Part shown: positions 62,453-64,000 of the stretch, in pieces
Layout of the letters: each line of letters opens with the position of its first letter
How positions within the stretch are numbered: position 1 is the stretch's first letter
NCBI GenBank assembly: GCA_010909165.1
Contig: VJWM01000117.1
Coordinates: 372,001-436,000 of the forward strand
Origin: Anthoceros angustus
Taxonomy: Eukaryota; Plantae; Anthocerotophyta
Reading direction: 5' to 3'
Length of the DNA: 64,000 nt
Translations under genes and position numbers: made by a program
The notes under the pieces: generated by a model
What the model saw: the letters and a program-made list of their open reading frames with translations, nothing else
Databases searched by the model: none
Told to the model about the DNA's origin: nothing

Positions 62453-64000
62453 ATGGCGATGCTGCTGGAGCTGCCCACGTTGTTGCTACCGCGGCAGCAG
62501 CTGTCCAGGGAGCAGCCTCGCCTCTCCGTGGCAAGCCCTGCTGCTCCTGTTGCTGGTGCAGGAGGGACCGTCACTTTGCAGGAGCTCTGGGCTAAGCCCG
62601 TTCAGAGGCGGGAGGAGAATGGCCTGGACAAGGGTTCAAGCTATCCCGACTTCAGGCACAGAGCGCCCGATGCCCAACACGGCAGGTGCCCTGCTTCTGC
62701 CTCTGCTGCTGCTGCCTGGGACGCAGCTTCGCTCAAAGCCTGGGTGACCAGGTGCTGTGACGAGGGGCAATTGAGTCAGGTTTTGGACCTTCTACAGCAG
62801 CAGCAGGAGCAGGAGCAGGAGCAGGAGCTTTCAGTATGTCATCTCTCGCAATCCCTTCTCTATCTTGTCTTGAAGAAATGCATGGCTCACAAGGATCTCA
62901 TGTCCGCCAGGCGCCTCCATGCCCTTGTTGTCAAGTGTGGGTATGAGTCAGATGCCTTCCTGGCCAACCACATCATGGCCATGTATGCTTCTCTCGGCAA
63001 ATTGGAGGATGCAGTGCACGCCTTCGGCAAGGTCTCCATCCCCGATGTCTACATGTGGTCTACCATTATCCTAGCTCATGCTCGACATGGACAGCCCAGG
63101 CGTGCTGTCTCCCTGTATGAAAAGATGCGCCACTCAAGCTTGAAGCCAGACAAGCACATCTTCGTTGCAGTCCTTAAGGCGTGTGCCTCAGCAGAGGACC
63201 TGGTCTCGGGGAAACAGGTGCACGCTGAAATTCAGGCCAGTGATGCCAAGGCCGATGTTTTTGTCGGCACCAGCTTGGTGGACATGTATGCCAAATGTGG
63301 CAGCTTGGAGGATGCTCGTCAGGTGTTCGACTGCTTGCCCACAAGGAACGTGGCTACATGGAATGCCATGATCGCAGGATACGGTCGGCAGGGGCTGGGC
63401 CTACAAGCCCTCGCTCTGTATGACCGGATGCACCAGGAAGGCTTGACTCCAGCCGACTATGTAACATTTGTGTGCCTCGTCCAGGCATGCGCCAGTGTTG
63501 GAGCGCTGCAGCAGGGCAAGCACCTGCACCGTCAGATACGGCAAAGAGGTCTCCAAGATGATGCAGTCATGGCCAACTGCCTGGTTACCATGTATGTGAG
63601 ATGCGGGAGCTTAGAGGATGCGAGAACAGTGTTTGACAGTTTGCCCGCCAAAGATGTGGTTACATGGACTGCCATGATCACAGGCTATACGGAGCAGGGG
63701 CTCGCCCGGCAAGCCCTGGCTTTGTATGCAAGTATGCAACAGGAGGGCACCACTCTGCCGGACCAGCTCACTTTCGTGTGCCTCCTTCAAGCATGTGCTA
63801 GTGCAGGAGCTCTGCACCAAGGGAAGCAGCTTCATGGCCGCATCCATCAAGCTGGCCTGGAAGCTAACGTGGTCATTGGCAGCTGCCTTGTGGACATGTA
63901 TTCCAAGTGTGGCAGCTTGGAGGACGCACGCAAAGTGTTTGACAGGTTGCCCTCCAGAAACCTGGTGACATGGACAGCGATGCTCAATGGCTATGCTGAA
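62453..64000 (+). CDS. PLS-class pentatricopeptide repeat protein (organellar RNA-editing factor type), intact, 3'-truncated by window end
   Basis: Open frame from ATG 62453 (MAMLLELPTLLLPRQQ...) through repeated P-L-S motifs, e.g. SLVDMYAKCGSLEDARQVFDCLPTRNVATWNAMIAGYGRQG..VTFVCLVQAC; no stop before 64000. Confidence 0.95.
   Translation, partial: MAMLLELPTLLLPRQQLSREQPRLSVASPAAPVAGAGGTVTLQELWAKPVQRREENGLDKGSSYPDFRHRAPDAQHGRCPASASAAAAWDAASLKAWVTRCCDEGQLSQVLDLLQQQQEQEQEQELSVCHLSQSLLYLVLKKCMAHKDLMSARRLHALVVKCGYESDAFLANHIMAMYASLGKLEDAVHAFGKVSIPDVYMWSTIILAHARHGQPRRAVSLYEKMRHSSLKPDKHIFVAVLKACASAEDLVSGKQVHAEIQASDAKADVFVGTSLVDMYAKCGSLEDARQVFDCLPTRNVATWNAMIAGYGRQGLGLQALALYDRMHQEGLTPADYVTFVCLVQACASVGALQQGKHLHRQIRQRGLQDDAVMANCLVTMYVRCGSLEDARTVFDSLPAKDVVTWTAMITGYTEQGLARQALALYASMQQEGTTLPDQLTFVCLLQACASAGALHQGKQLHGRIHQAGLEANVVIGSCLVDMYSKCGSLEDARKVFDRLPSRNLVTWTAMLNGYAE

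Noticed and set aside
62260-62747. ORFs 62260..62574 (-) and 62286..62747 (+)
   Set aside because: They are alternative frames overlapping the PPR N-terminus in GC-rich DNA.

Overview
Land-plant nuclear DNA. The intronless PLS-class PPR style suggests a fern or other non-seed vascular plant, but this is inference. There are three zones. (1) 1-21.3 kb is a nest of degraded transposons and gene fragments: a CACTA TnpA-like remnant, an apparently intronless COP1 pseudogene, a SET-domain ORF directly upstream of a CACTA (En/Spm) Tnp2 transposase, a hAT (DUF659-type) remnant, an LTR-like segment and two PPR fragments. (2) 21.3-58.7 kb is a head-to-tail macrosatellite with a ~5.26-kb unit. On the minus strand the unit encodes a PLATZ-type zinc-binding protein with one GT-AG intron and a 14-aa acidic repeat tail (6 full-length copies, 3 partial). 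The copies are indel-ridden in GC/CpG-rich parts, almost identical in AT-rich parts, and contain many back-jumps at short microhomologies, so assembly or basecalling artefacts must be excluded. (3) 58.9-64 kb is clean sequence with a 5-exon gene (~798 aa, resembling the Arabidopsis AT1G32730 family) and a divergently transcribed intact PLS PPR gene that runs off the window. The best candidates for new biology are the PLATZ-encoding macrosatellite and the SET domain linked to a CACTA element. All family assignments are by motif recognition from memory; no searches were run.
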